Assembly (NCBI GenBank): GCA_025603075.1
Contig: MU626289.1
Location: 62,001-126,000 of the forward strand
Reading direction: 5' to 3'
DNA: 64,000 bases
From: Neoconidiobolus thromboides FSU 785
Taxonomy: Eukaryota > Fungi > Entomophthoromycota
Position 1 is the stretch's first letter. Each line of letters begins with the position of its first letter. A program made the position numbers and the translations under genes. Below are positions 1-16,124 of this stretch, piece after piece. The notes beneath the pieces are model-generated. The model was not told where the DNA came from, ran no database searches, and saw only the letters and a program-made list of their open reading frames with translations.

Positions 1-3000
1 TGCATCTATTGCTTGTTTTGAACATTACATTCTAATACTGTTTACTTATTATAAACGCTGGATGGATATAATACAAGTTCGATTATTTCCATTACTCATA
101 GCTCTTAAATTAAAATATTTAATTAGTATTTATTATCATTGTTTTTATTAATATTTAGATTATTTACTTTTATACTTTTTTAAATTAACTCGCCTTTTTA
201 GCTCACATAGAGATGTGGTTCTACTTTTCGTCTTATTAGAACTTGAATTTGTTAGCTCTAAATGAGTAAATTCAGAATCTCTTTTCAATCAATTTATTAC
301 AAAATTTATAGTATCTATTTGTTAATATAAGTTTGAAAGCTTGATTCAAATTAAAAATTAAACCCCTTAATTTCACTTTTTATTCATTTCTTATATAACA
401 TAAAACTCTAAAAAAGCTATTAAACAAAGCCAGATAAAAAACATCATAATATGTATTATTTTAAAACTAAGCAAAAGACAGAAGAATTGTAGTATTTAGT
501 ATTTAATTTAACCCGAGCTTTTAAACTAACTCATATTATCAAGCTTCAATTTACCCTTTATTCAATTGTCTATATTAAGATATTTTTATTTATCCTAAAT
601 TTATTTTATTATTGTAGTTCACCATTTTTGTTTATCTACTTTTAACTCATCTACTAAAAAAGAAATCGATTTATTTATATACGAATGCCTTACCTCTTTA
701 ACTCTATGCTTACTTTGTAAATCTAATAGTTGAAAAAGAATATTTAAATTAACAGAAATAAGATCATATACATTTAGATAATATTAAAATTCCCAATTCT
801 ATCTTCTCTCTGTTTTTTAGTACAAATCTTGATGTTTTTAATTTTTATTTGAACACTTTTATATTTTGCTTTGAAGATTGAAAAGTTAATAATTCAATTA
901 TCAATAAGGGTTAAAGCCAAAACCATGGTTTATTAATATTGTATTTGTACATTAAATCATTATTGCATGACCAAAAATGTTGTTCTTTAATTGAGTATTA
1001 TTAAAGCGTTACTATTTTATAGATGGTATTATCTTAATTAAATTAAAATATTTCATTCTTTTGAAATTCTCTTAGCAAGTTTGTTAAACATAAAACTCAA
1101 ATACAACTAAAAATAGTTAAAATAACTTGTAAAGAGCTCAAGTATATATTTTGGAGCATCGCTTTAACATGACAATTAATAAATTTCGTTAAAATGAAAT
1201 CATTTTATAATACTAAGGGATAATAATAAGCAAGTTTTCAGAGTTACTTATTATTATTCAATACATTTATTAATTAGTTATAAAATCCATATAGATATGG
1301 GAAATAGAACAACTACCAAAATGTTTCTTTAACTTTGAAAGAGCCTGTATGTTCTCAAACGCCTTTTTTTATGGAAGGAAATGAGGCAGATAATGTTAAA
1401 AAAGGAATAATATAGATAGAGCTTATGAGGTAATAAGATGAAATCTTATCATGCTTTAAAAGGCAAAACGCAGATGTCTAAAAATACGACATATCTTCTG
1501 TCATCATAACTATACTTTTTATTTTAATATCAATAATCATAACCGCATTATAATTATTATTTAGAAAAATGTTCAATTAATTTAACCGAAATCTTGCTAA
1601 ATAACTTTTTTAATATAACTACTTTTGATTTCGAATATATGAGCACATTTTATTAATGTTGGCTTTTAGGTTTAAAATTATAAAATCTCTATAATCTTTT
1701 TAGCTTATTTTTACTTGGTTTCTATTACCAAACACGTATGGAGATGTTGTTCATTAATAGACTTATTAACTCAAAATAAAGATAAGCATTTTTTGGTTTA
1801 AGTTATAGAATTGATTCATTTATAATACTTAAAAAACCATTAATTGTATTTATAAATAATTTATTACTAAATTTGGCAAATAATTGAAAATATTTAATTA
1901 AAGTAGAAAAAATATAAGTTCGTAAATGACTATTTCGTATATTTTTGAAGTAACGGCTTTCTAAATATTTTGGTGTAAAAATAAACCCAAAATTAATAAA
2001 TTGAAGAATTTAACAAAACAGTAGTTTTTTATTTTATTAACGACACTTATTATTTTACTTTAAATCAAAAGTATTTATTTTATTTTTTACTATTAAAAAA
2101 ATCATTCATTTATTAACAAAAACTAAAAGCTGAAATATATAATCAATATCAGTGAAAATCTATATAACTTTTATAAAAGTAGTATGTATTTATATACAAT
2201 TACGTTGCTTGGACAAAACCTATTAATCAATTAAAAAATAAGGCAACTCTTTTATGAATACCAAGTATTTCATAAAATATTACGTAAATGAAACCGAAAA
2301 TTCAAAGTTTTTATTTTGTAAATGAGCACTTATAGTAAAATGATGTTTATCATATATATTGTATTTAATAGCTTAACAAATAGTTTTGAGTTATTGTTTT
2401 AAGTTGTTTTTTAGATTTAAGAGAGCAAATACCTTTCATTATTCTTTACCTTGGCCCCAATCCCTTATTATCTAATCAAGCTTTGGATCGTACATTTTAA
2501 TACTATAAGCTCTCTTTCAATAACCTTTCTACATCCCCTTAGCTCTTATTTCATCTCATTTATAACAAACTTTTATAAATTTGAGCATAAAGATAAAAAT
2601 GTTGCTTTTCGACTGATTCAGTCAAAAGCCACTACAATCGGACTTAAACTGTTTTCCTCCCTACTATTTTCAACTCTTCTACTCACATCAACTTTTAGCC
2701 ACGTTTTTGTCTTTAGTTAATAAGCCATTTAGTAGGCTTATTTCTTTTCAAGATTTAAATAACTTTATTTATAAACACAAAAAATCAAAAACTAATATAA
2801 AGTAGTTACGGTAGATAGGGAAGATGAAATAATAAAGATGAAATTGCGTTATTTTTCATCTTATGTTTTATCTTAACTATATATATTTTTTATCCTGAAA
2901 CTAAATATAGTATTTTGTAATAAAAACAAATATTTAAGTAATGTTTTACTATTTCTATTAGTTTTAGTTTTAGTTCTTGTAATATATTATTATTTAATTA

Positions 3001-3249
3001 TAGGATTAGTTAAAATAAAAGAAATTACTTTTTAAAAAGATAGTAGATGTTTTAAAAATAAAGCTTTTATAACCAGTTAAATACTTAAATGTTCTTTGAT
3101 GTGTAGCATATAATATAAAAGATAAGAGTAGTATTTATTAAATAAATTTAAGTTTTTTTTATTCTTTTGCGATATTTCAACAGTAGATTTAACTAAGTTT
3201 CCCTCTGTTATAGTTAAGTGTAATTTTAAATTAATTTCAATTTTTATAT

Positions 3250-3314
3250 TGGGATGTATTTTTAATAATTTTATTGATAATTTTACCTCTAAATTGCATT
3301 TAAAAAACACTCTA
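3250..3314 (-). mobile_element. ~99-bp MITE family, internally deleted copy (65 bp)
   Basis: Begins TGGGATGTATTTTT and ends AAAAAACACTCTA, with ATAT on both sides; central part missing. Strand is given relative to the 19367 copy. Confidence 0.6.
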
Positions 3315-3516
3315 ATATTTTTGTTAGATCTTTTTTTAGAGTGTGGAATTGTAGATTTTTATAAACCATATAGCATTAGAGTCGCTACAATTATAATCCT
3401 TTTTCTAATAGTAAAACAAAGAGAAGACTTGACCTTAAAAACTTGTCAAAACTTCTCTACAGTCATGTGATATTTTTTATACTATATACATTGTTTCCAT
3501 ACGAAAAAATGACACG

Positions 3517-3578
3517 TTATATTATTATATATTATTATATATTATTATATATTATTATATATTATTATATATTATTAT
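3517..3578. repeat. Tandem repeat (ATTATTATAT) about 6 copies
   Basis: Direct reading of 3521-3580. Confidence 0.9.
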
Positions 3579-3798
3579 TATTTGCCCATGTACCAGTATA
3601 ATGGATGTAGAGCTTATAGAATCAAATCAGGTTTCTTCTCTTAATTCAACTCCAACCGTAAGCTTATATCAAGTTAAATTAGTTGATTCATTTTCTTTAT
3701 TTATGATTGGTCTTTCTACTTTATTTCTATCATTAACACCACGATTAGGTCCAATAAATGAATTATTATTGTAAACAATTTCAAGTTTGATTACACAT

Positions 3799-3895
3799 TT
3801 GAAGTTTTTTTTGTTTCATCGCTTTTTCTATTTTTTAAGCGCTATTTGAGTGGAAAAGCTATCAGTAAAGCCCCTGAACAGAAAAATATATTTCC
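3799..3895 (+). mobile_element. ~99-bp MITE family, degenerate copy
   Basis: Core TTTTTTAAGCGCTATTTGAGTGGAAAAGCTATCAGTAAA matches the family; termini eroded. Confidence 0.75.
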
Positions 3896-4080
3896 ATTTG
3901 AATTTTTATACATAAACTCTTTCACAAAGCTGTCTTTCATATTCTATACTATATAACAAAATTAAATCAATGTTTTACTTTCATATTTTACTAGTAATAA
4001 AATCAATTTTAAATCTTAAGTAATTACTAATAAAGCGTTTTTAACTATTATCAATAAATATTAATTAACTTGATGTATAT

Positions 4081-4173
4081 TAGGGATATATTTTTTTAAG
4101 AATTTTACTGATAGCTTTTCCACTTAAATAGTGTTTAAAAAATAGAAAAAGTAATGAAACAAAAAAAATCCTC
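4081..4173 (-). mobile_element. ~99-bp MITE family copy
   Basis: AGGGATATATTTTTTTAAGAATTTTACTGATAGCTTTTCCACTTAAATAGTGTTTAAAAAATAGAAAAAGTAATGAAAC...ATCCTC, with ATAT on both sides. Confidence 0.8.
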
Positions 4174-4599
4174 ATATTATGAATATGTTTTTATTAATTT
4201 AATTGATGTTTTTCTTTAAGTTAAAAAGTGAATATTTGAAGCAAAAAAGTTTTTGCTATACAATTTTCAATAGAGAAACTCTATTTATTACTAAAATAAT
4301 GTCATCATGAATGATAATAGATAAAAACTTTGATACTGGACTATGATCTTGGTAATAATTTATAGATTAAATGAAATTTACTAAAGTGGCATAGTTGTTT
4401 TAAAGCAAAATCAATCAAACAACATCTCAAATACCATCTAAGTTTAAGGTTTTAGCCAATTAAATCATAATATTTTATAAAGTTCAGTACTAAAAATTTA
4501 CGTGGCAAAAAAATAAAAACAGATTATTAACAAAGTTTTGCTTTATTTCACGACTAAGATAAAAAGAGAGAGATTTAATCAATAAGGATTGAACTAAAG

Positions 4600-7523
4600 A
4601 TGCTTTTATTGAAATTAAGTAGATGGGCACTTAGATGTCTGTGTATTCTGTTACTAAGTCTTAGTGTTATTGCTTCGAAGGTATCTTATTTTTTTAAACT
4701 TATTGAGAAATTTCGATTAAAGTTTAATTTTTTTGATTTAATAAACGAAATTGAAACTCACTTTTATACTAGAACAATAATCAGAATGAAAATCAAGATC
4801 AACTTGAGGACAGCGTAAAATCAGGAGATATGTTATACAAAGAGGCATTAAAGATGTTGAACCAGCGTAACTTGGAAAGGAAACATAGTTTTGATCCAGC
4901 AGTCAATAGCGAAGAGATTGAGCCTTCAGAATCTGGGATATTAAGTTTGTCAGTTAATCTTATTCAAAATGCTATTCGCTCTGCTTTTAATAAGAATGGA
5001 AATAAAGAAAATGATGACCAAAAGAAAGTAGAAGATGAAATTAAAGACCCATTTCTTAAAAAGGTTACTACAAAACTGATGGAGGCTTATGAATTGGACC
5101 ACCCTGATAGTATCTATATGCTCGGGGCTATGAATTTGGTAGTTTTGTTTATTCGCTTTTTTATTGTATATTAAAATTTGATAGTTCTCTTCTTATTCCC
5201 ATCCCAGGAATATTACAAAAGCAGTCAACTATTTTAAGAAGCTGTCGGATTTGAATGGAAACCATAAAGCACAACATTTGCTTGGTATTATTTATTCTAC
5301 TGGAATTGGGGGCATTGAAAAAGACCTTGGACTGGTAAGTAATTTATTCAACTTAAAATGAACCGTTTGATCCTTGATTAGTCAATGTTATATCATACCT
5401 TTTCTGCTAGATCCGATAATCCTGGCTCTAGGTTAGTATTAGGGTATCGTTATTTCAATGGTATTTCTGCACCAAAGTCATGTAATGTTGCTTTAGAATA
5501 CTATAAAAGTGCAGCAGCAGAAGGTAATACATTTTTTTTCAAAACGTAAATATATAATTATTTGAAAAAGCGGTTCAAAAATTTCTTTCTGGGCCTCCAG
5601 GTGGAAAATCATTCCCACCCAGACCTGTTCGCTTATCAGATTTTGAAGGGGGTGTTTTTGGTAATAAATTGGAAGACCTTAGTAACAAAGGAAGAGAAGC
5701 TCAACAACAAGGGTTTAATGAAGTTATTGAGTACAATGTTTTTCTTTCTTCTTCTGGTAGCTTACAAGCCACCTATTATCTTGCTTCTGTTCACTATTAT
5801 GGGAATAAAATCGTGGAACGTAACGTTGCAAGCGCTAGAAAATATTTAAATCAAGTCATGGATTATATCCCTTCCCTTGGACCTGAGGAAGCTTGGACTG
5901 ATGAACAAAAAAGGGACGTTGGTAATGCCTATGCCTTGCTTGGATTAATGTATCTCCGGGGTGAAGGTGTAGCTGTTTCTAAAGGTACCGCAAAGAAGCA
6001 TTTTGAAAAAGGAAGGAAATTGGTAAGTGATTTTAGTACAAGTAAATGAGTATAAGGAATAATCTTATTTAGAAAAATCCAACGGCAACTTATTGGACTG
6101 CAAAATTGTTACTTGAAAACAAAAATGACAAAAAGGTAGTTTGATTATTTTAATAGCATATCAAATATTTAATCATTTTAAACAGGCCTATGATACTGGA
6201 TTAGCTTATTTGACTAGTGCAGCATTGGCTTTAGGAGATAGTGAAGCCCTTGTAGAGCTTGGCTTAATTGAAATGGAAAACGAAAAGCATGAAAAAGCCT
6301 TTAGGTATTTCTTGGAAGCTGCAAAGCAAAAAAATTTCCTTGGTAGTTATCATTTAGCAAACTATTATGCTAATGAATTATTTTCACTCCATTCATGTAC
6401 ATTAGCAGTACCTTTATTCAAATCCGTAGCTGAAAGAGGAGTATGGGATCTTGATCATATGAGTATGGGCTATCACCATTATAAAAGAGGAGAAATAGAA
6501 ACGGCACTTATTCATTATATAATTGCCGCAGAGTCAGGTATAGAGATAGCTCAAGAAAATGTAGCATGGATTATTGATCAAGGTAAATTCTTTCAATATA
6601 TAAGTATATAATATTTATTTACATCTTTAGCTAAATATAAATTAGTAAATATAAATAATGAAAATAATGACAAAAATAAAGTACAAGGTTCAGCAATACA
6701 GCCTAATTATGAATTAGCCTTGACTTATTGGACACGATCAGCCAATCAAGGTAATCCAGATAGTAGAGTAAAACAAGGGGATTATTACTTTTATGGATGG
6801 GGATTAAGTAACCCAGATTATGCCAAAGCAGCTGTCTGTTATCAAAATGCAGCTGAAAAACATTATGATGCTTTAGCAATGTGGAATATTGGGTGGATGT
6901 ATGAATATGGAATAGGTCTACCAAAGGTAATAAACTAAACTATACTAATATTAGCATAACAATAATTTATTTTAAAGGATTTCCACCTTGCTAAGAGATG
7001 GTATGATCAATCTCTTGTTAGTAACTCTAAAGCAGTCTTACCGGTTAATTTGTCATTATTTAAATTGAGGATTAAAAATATATTGGAGAAGCTTAAGAAT
7101 TTTTTTAATGGGGACGCAAAATTAAATTTGAGAGAAATATTGTTATCGACAGGGGCAAATAATTATAATGCAAAACAAGAACAGATACAGGATCCTAAAG
7201 AAAACAATATGAATGAGGACACAAATGATGAAAACCAAAATCAAGTATGGAGTGAGCTTCATCATGATTATGAAACTGAAAGCCATATGGATATCAATTC
7301 AAAATCAAAGCCAGAGAATTATATAATACTTATCTTATGTTTATTTGTTGGTTGGCTTGTTTATATTAGGCAATTTGGGATGGGAAACAATAATAATCGT
7401 AATTTAGCTAGGGAACAAGTGGAAGAGGAATTGGCAGAAGATGAGGCTAACGAAGCAAATGATAATAATAATAGTAATCAACATCCACAACTTAATGCTG
7501 ATCCAGCTACAGGACAAGCTTAA
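4600..7523 (+). CDS. HRD3: SEL1L/Hrd3-like ERAD E3-ligase adaptor (Sel1 repeats), multi-exon
   Basis: Signal peptide exon MLLLKLSRWALRCLCILLLSLSVIASK (4600-4680). Many Sel1 repeats (AYALLGLMYLRGEGV; WTRSANQGNPDSRVKQGDYYFYGWG; ALAMWNIGWMYEYGIG; DFHLAKRWYD; AAESGIEIAQENVAWIID). C-terminal TM helix YIILILCLFVGWLVYIRQ. GT-AG introns join the ORF fragments. Confidence 0.9.
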
Positions 7524-7828
7524 TAAACAGACCTAGCAATTACACTATTCAAAGTTGTTAAGTTTTAAAGGTAGGAGGGAAATTAAGTCCGTCTTTATGA
7601 GTTATGATCACTAGAAATTCGTTCCTTTTTTAAAATTATTATTATTAATAAATTAAAGTTCTAAGTAAAAATTCGTAATAAACAATTCAATCTGTTATTT
7701 GTTTCGTAAAGGGTTTTTTATTTTATTAATGACATACTTCGATTCATTAATGCATTTTTTTAAATAACTAAGATAGAATTTAGTATTTTTTACCCTTTTA
7801 CCTTTTTCAAGTTTAAAGTTAAATTCAA

Positions 7829-8260
7829 ATGAATAACAATCAACACGAAATGAATAATATCAACTCAACAGAAGAAGAACAAGCCGTTATGAATTTACTT
7901 AGTGAAGCTCAAGATCAATCAAAAAAAATACAAGACCAACTAGGAGGTAATTTAAAATTAACTTTTTGCATCATAAGTTACTATAAATATGTAAAAAGAT
8001 ATTTTAGATAAGATGGGAGGAAGCATGCAAACATTCTGTACTACTTTATTTCAATTTCTTCAACAGCAGAACTCAGAGTATGAAAGGGAACTAAATAATA
8101 ACCTTAGGAAAATCAAAGAATTGACACATGAAAAAGGTAAGTTTAGATTACCATATTAAACTAAAAGTAAAATTTTATCAAACTAGAAATAGTCCAAAAT
8201 AAAATTGATGCCCTTATTCAGTTTATGGAACAAAATATTGATCATATCTTTAAGTTTTAA
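7829..8260 (+). CDS. 106-aa all-helical orphan protein, possibly SYCE2-like; exons 7829-7946, 8008-8136, 8187-8260
   Basis: Two GT-AG introns with matching phases give 321 nt (106 aa plus stop): MNNNQHEMNNINSTEEEQAVMNLLSEAQDQSKKIQDQLGDKMGGSMQTFCTTLFQFLQQQNSEYERELNNNLRKIKELTHEKEIVQNKIDALIQFMEQNIDHIFKF. The gene model is well supported; the family call is tentative. Confidence 0.75.
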
Positions 8261-8554
8261 GTGTTCACTGCTTTTGGTTTATGTATATTGAATAAGGCTA
8301 TTAAATTAAATTATTTAAGCTAATATGCTTTTTGTTCCGACTATTGGCCTTTATTATTTTTAAGATCACAGATATAAGCTATAGTAATTTTTATTATAGA
8401 GCCTTTTTTATATTTATTATACTTCATACACCTTGATAATGTTCAATTTTTAACTAAAATCATTACTATTTTTGCATACCAAAACTATGCTGAAATTACA
8501 AAAATGGCAAATAATGAAACTTTACTCAAATGATGATTTTTGTTTTCTTTTTAA

Positions 8555-12757
<4,203 letters not shown>

Positions 12758-12975
12758 ATTAAAATATAACTTAACTACTTGGGCATGTTTACTGTGATTA
12801 TAATTAATTTAACTAATTGACTAAGTTTCAGTTTAAAATATAGAAAAATAAATGAAAAGGAAAAAGATATTCAAAATATTGTAAAGTTAATATATAATTA
12901 AATGCTATTTTATTATTTATTTATTAGTATAATATTAGAATACTACTAAATTAGATTTTAAGTGAGATTAATTTA

Positions 12976-13836
12976 CTATAATAAAACCAATGAAGATAAA
13001 GCTAATAAAGCTAAGGAAGGGACTGCAAGGTTAGCATTATCAGTGAAAGTGTTATCCAAATCCATTGGTTGATAAAACACAAGATTTCTAGGGCCAGGTC
13101 TAATTTTTTTACCTGGATTTAAAGTGTCGTATTTGGTTTCTGAATCATGGATAAAAATTTGAACCATATTTTCAGATCCCGCTTTAAGGAAGATACCATT
13201 CTCATTATCTTCGGGAACATAATCTTTAACTTTCCATTCGAATTCTTTATCAGTACCAGGGATAGTAGCAATGTCATATTTAGCATTACCTCCAGCTCTC
13301 TTTTGAACAAGGGAAATATTAAGTTTCTTTGGGTTTTCATATGGTGTATTCGAAAAGATCCATTTAAACTTAATATTTTTTTTTAATGGTACACTAGAAC
13401 CTTTAACATCATCATTATATCTAGGTTCCATGATAGTAATCATCGCTCTTGCTGATGGTTTATCAGTTGCTTTTGGATCACTGCTTGATTTAGAACTATC
13501 ACTCTTTGAGCTTTTATCACTGCCGGATTTATCTGAAGTTTCACTTGCTTTGTCGTCCTTTGTTTTAGTACTGTCTTTGTCATCGGATTTAGAATCTGTT
13601 TGTTTGTCTTTGATATCAGTAGCTTTAGATTTATCGTCAGTTTTAGTTTCACTAGCTTTAGGATCATCAGTTTTAGAACCTGAATCATCGGTTTTGGAAG
13701 CACTTTTTGATTCAGAGCCTTTAGAAAATTATTAGTTATTTAATTAAATATATTTTATATTATTTAAACTACCTGAGCTTTGAGCAACAATAGCTAAAAC
13801 AATAAAAAATAAGAATACTAATTTAGTATACAACAT
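12976..13836 (-). CDS. Secreted, probably GPI-anchored 268-aa protein with Ser/Asp/Lys/Thr-rich linker and a DUF7137-like domain; exons 13773-13836 and 12976-13718
   Basis: Signal peptide MLYTKLVFLFFIVLAIVAQSS, phase-1 intron 13719-13772, low-complexity SKTDD repeats, a domain ITIMEP...NIKFKW...PKKLNISL...FEWKVKDY...IFIHDSE...FYQP, and a hydrophobic C-terminus LAVPSLALLALSSLVLL. Domain name is from recall. Confidence 0.75.
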
Positions 13837-14542
13837 ATTAAATATTAGTAAAATGTAAAGAAAAAGTTTAATAAAAGAAATTTCAAAATTTATGTTTTAT
13901 AAACAGATATTTTGAAGAATTATAAGCTTACAATCTAAAAATAAACCCTTAGCTACTACTATTTTTAGATAACTTGGCAGTTAAATGAGGTCATTTTAAA
14001 GCTTCTAACCAATTATGTTTTATCCACAAATTAACTCGGTGAACCACTTTATCCAAGTTCTGCACAGGTTATTCATGCTTGGAGTTAATGTTCAAGATTC
14101 TTTAAATATGTTTAAGATGAATATAACTTGATTAGCAGTAGTTTTTATAATAAACAATCAGTTTTATCGCAATTTGGAGCCTTGACCTTTAAATTTTATT
14201 CTTAAATAAATAGTAATTATATCGTATCTGAACTTAAACACACTAAGCAGATGGTATTAAGGAGTTCAAGTTCATTATTATAAATTAGGCCCTTTAATTG
14301 ATTTCAGGATTTTAATTGATAGGCGAAAATTAAGGAGGAATGATTATGTTATTGCATTGTATTAAAAAGTGATAGTGGAACAATAGTACTATAGCTAGAT
14401 TAAATATGCCAATTTCTTAATTGTTTGTTCATTAATTTCAATTTTAGCTGTGAGTTTATGAGTTTTAATTTAGTATGTTCAATTTATTAGTCCTAAAATC
14501 AGTTGATTTTAAGCATATTTGAATCACATTTGTTTTATCATA

Positions 14543-14638
14543 GAGGATGCGTTTTTGCATTTAAGGATTTTACTAACAAATTTTCCACTCAAATAACACT
14601 TGAGATAGAAAAAGTGATGAGACTAAAAAAATACCCCC
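14543..14638 (-). mobile_element. ~99-bp MITE family copy
   Basis: GAGGATGCGTTTTTGCATTTAAGGATTTTACTAACAAATTTTCCACTCAAATAACACTT...AAAAAAATACCCCC followed by ATAT. Confidence 0.8.
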
Positions 14639-16124
14639 ATATGTTTATTTGATTTTTGTGCTTTTTAAAAATTAGTATAATAGAATGCCAAATTATTTCA
14701 TTAACTTTAATCTATATTTCATTTTATTATAATAAATTATGGAATTATCTCATTTTATTAATTTATTATTGAAATTAACTTCTATTAAATCAAAATTTTA
14801 TTTTTCATTTAAAACATCTTGTCTTTTTCATTTTATTCTTTTTGGTATAGAACTTATTTGATCAAATCAACAAAATCGACTTCATTGAAATTTATGAACT
14901 TTAAACCAAAAAGCAATGTTCCATCTATTTAAAAAATAGAATTTTCTTGTGTTATTATTGTACCAGTTCAAATGTAATTTCTCTCATATAATTTGAACGC
15001 TAACAAATTAAGTGTTAATACAGTATCAGCAAAATCGCACTTCATAGTAACATTTACTTTATGAGGCTATCAGATTATGTGGGAAGAATTTTATTTAAAT
15101 CATTTTAATAGCAGAATAGAACAACAATATACCCATCATCTAATGATTGGCTTTAAACATTAATGGTTCTATTTAAAGCAAAAAAACCAAATTTGTATTC
15201 AAACTTATTTTATAAGCTGATCCTAAAAAGATTTATTTATTATATTTATAAAATTAATATTTTATTTTATTTTATTTAAAAAACCTATGATTCATGGAGG
15301 TGAAAACTATGAAAACATCGATTTATAACTGTCATTAAATTATATATATAAAATATTAATACACTTTTTCATTGTAACTTATTTTTAGTAATACTAAAAA
15401 AAATTTGTCCGAAAGTGCAAATTTAACTCCATTATTTCAAAAGCTTCATTCTAAGCATAATGTTAAAAATAGAATATATTTTTAAAAGAGCCACTATTTC
15501 CAACTTTCATGATTTACTTTAAATCAATGGATAAAACTTCTATCCACCAATAATAGTCCGTTATTGACTTTGGTTTCTCTTTGTTAAATTTAAATATTTC
15601 CTTAACAGTAGTAAGCAATATTAAGATAGCAGTTAATTGGCTCAAGGTCATTTTTTGAAAAAAATTCATATTTTGGATAGGAATGCTAATGAGTGGGGAG
15701 GTTCAAGAAAATAACCAATCAAGTGCTACGAATTTAAAATTGATTGGCTAGCTAAGAATTGAATTCCAACCACCTAAATTTAGATTAAAGTTTTCTAGGC
15801 ATGAGTAGCGGTAACCCTTAAAATAATACAACACTAATTAATAAATTTTTTAAAATATTTAATAATTTCTCCTTTATAAAAAAAAGAAGCTAAATAATTA
15901 ATTATCTTTTTTATAACAATCTTTATCATTTTATTCTTTTTTTTGCTAGTTTATTTTATTTTTCTATAAAACTTATTAGCAATTAACCTTATCAATTGTA
16001 TATAAACAAAAAGATTTTTATTATAAAAAGATAACAAGTTAATCCAACACCTCTCATTTGTTTTTATATTATTCTTTATTGTATCTTATCTTATCTATAC
16101 TCTTAGACCACTCAATCAATTTTA

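Larger units (their letters stand above)
2890..4440 (-). repeat. Old dispersed repeat (~1.3 kb after removing insertions), copy A; inverted relative to copy B at 28370-30260
   Basis: By-eye alignment. 3315-3460 (atttttgttagatctttttttagagtgtggaattgtaga...) matches the reverse complement of ~29560-29710. The reverse complement of 3061-3245 (aatttaaaattacacttaactataacagag...) matches 29710-29895 (aatttaaagttacacttaactacaacagag...). The reverse complement of 3580-3770 matches 28930-29220. Further collinear blocks extend to both ends. Boundaries are approximate. Confidence 0.8.

Noticed and set aside
2451-2720. 89-aa ORF, and a possible Gypsy RT-like SPIVV motif on the opposite strand
   Set aside because: Non-ATG start and low-complexity composition; the reverse frame has several stops and lacks the following KK.G..R.C.DYR.LN motif.
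2800-2885. Short imperfect inverted repeat (AAGATGAAA...TTTCATCTT)
   Set aside because: Arms are short and AT-rich and only one copy was seen; it may be a relic but cannot be supported.
3077-3470. ORF-track entries 3077-3310 and 3249-3470
   Set aside because: They lie in the old repeat and span a MITE insertion; matching frames in copy B contain stops.
4410-4440. DGI*DVV in the host repeat (reverse strand), reminiscent of the PP2C motif DGIWDV
   Set aside because: Six residues with a stop, and no other PP2C motifs are recognisable.
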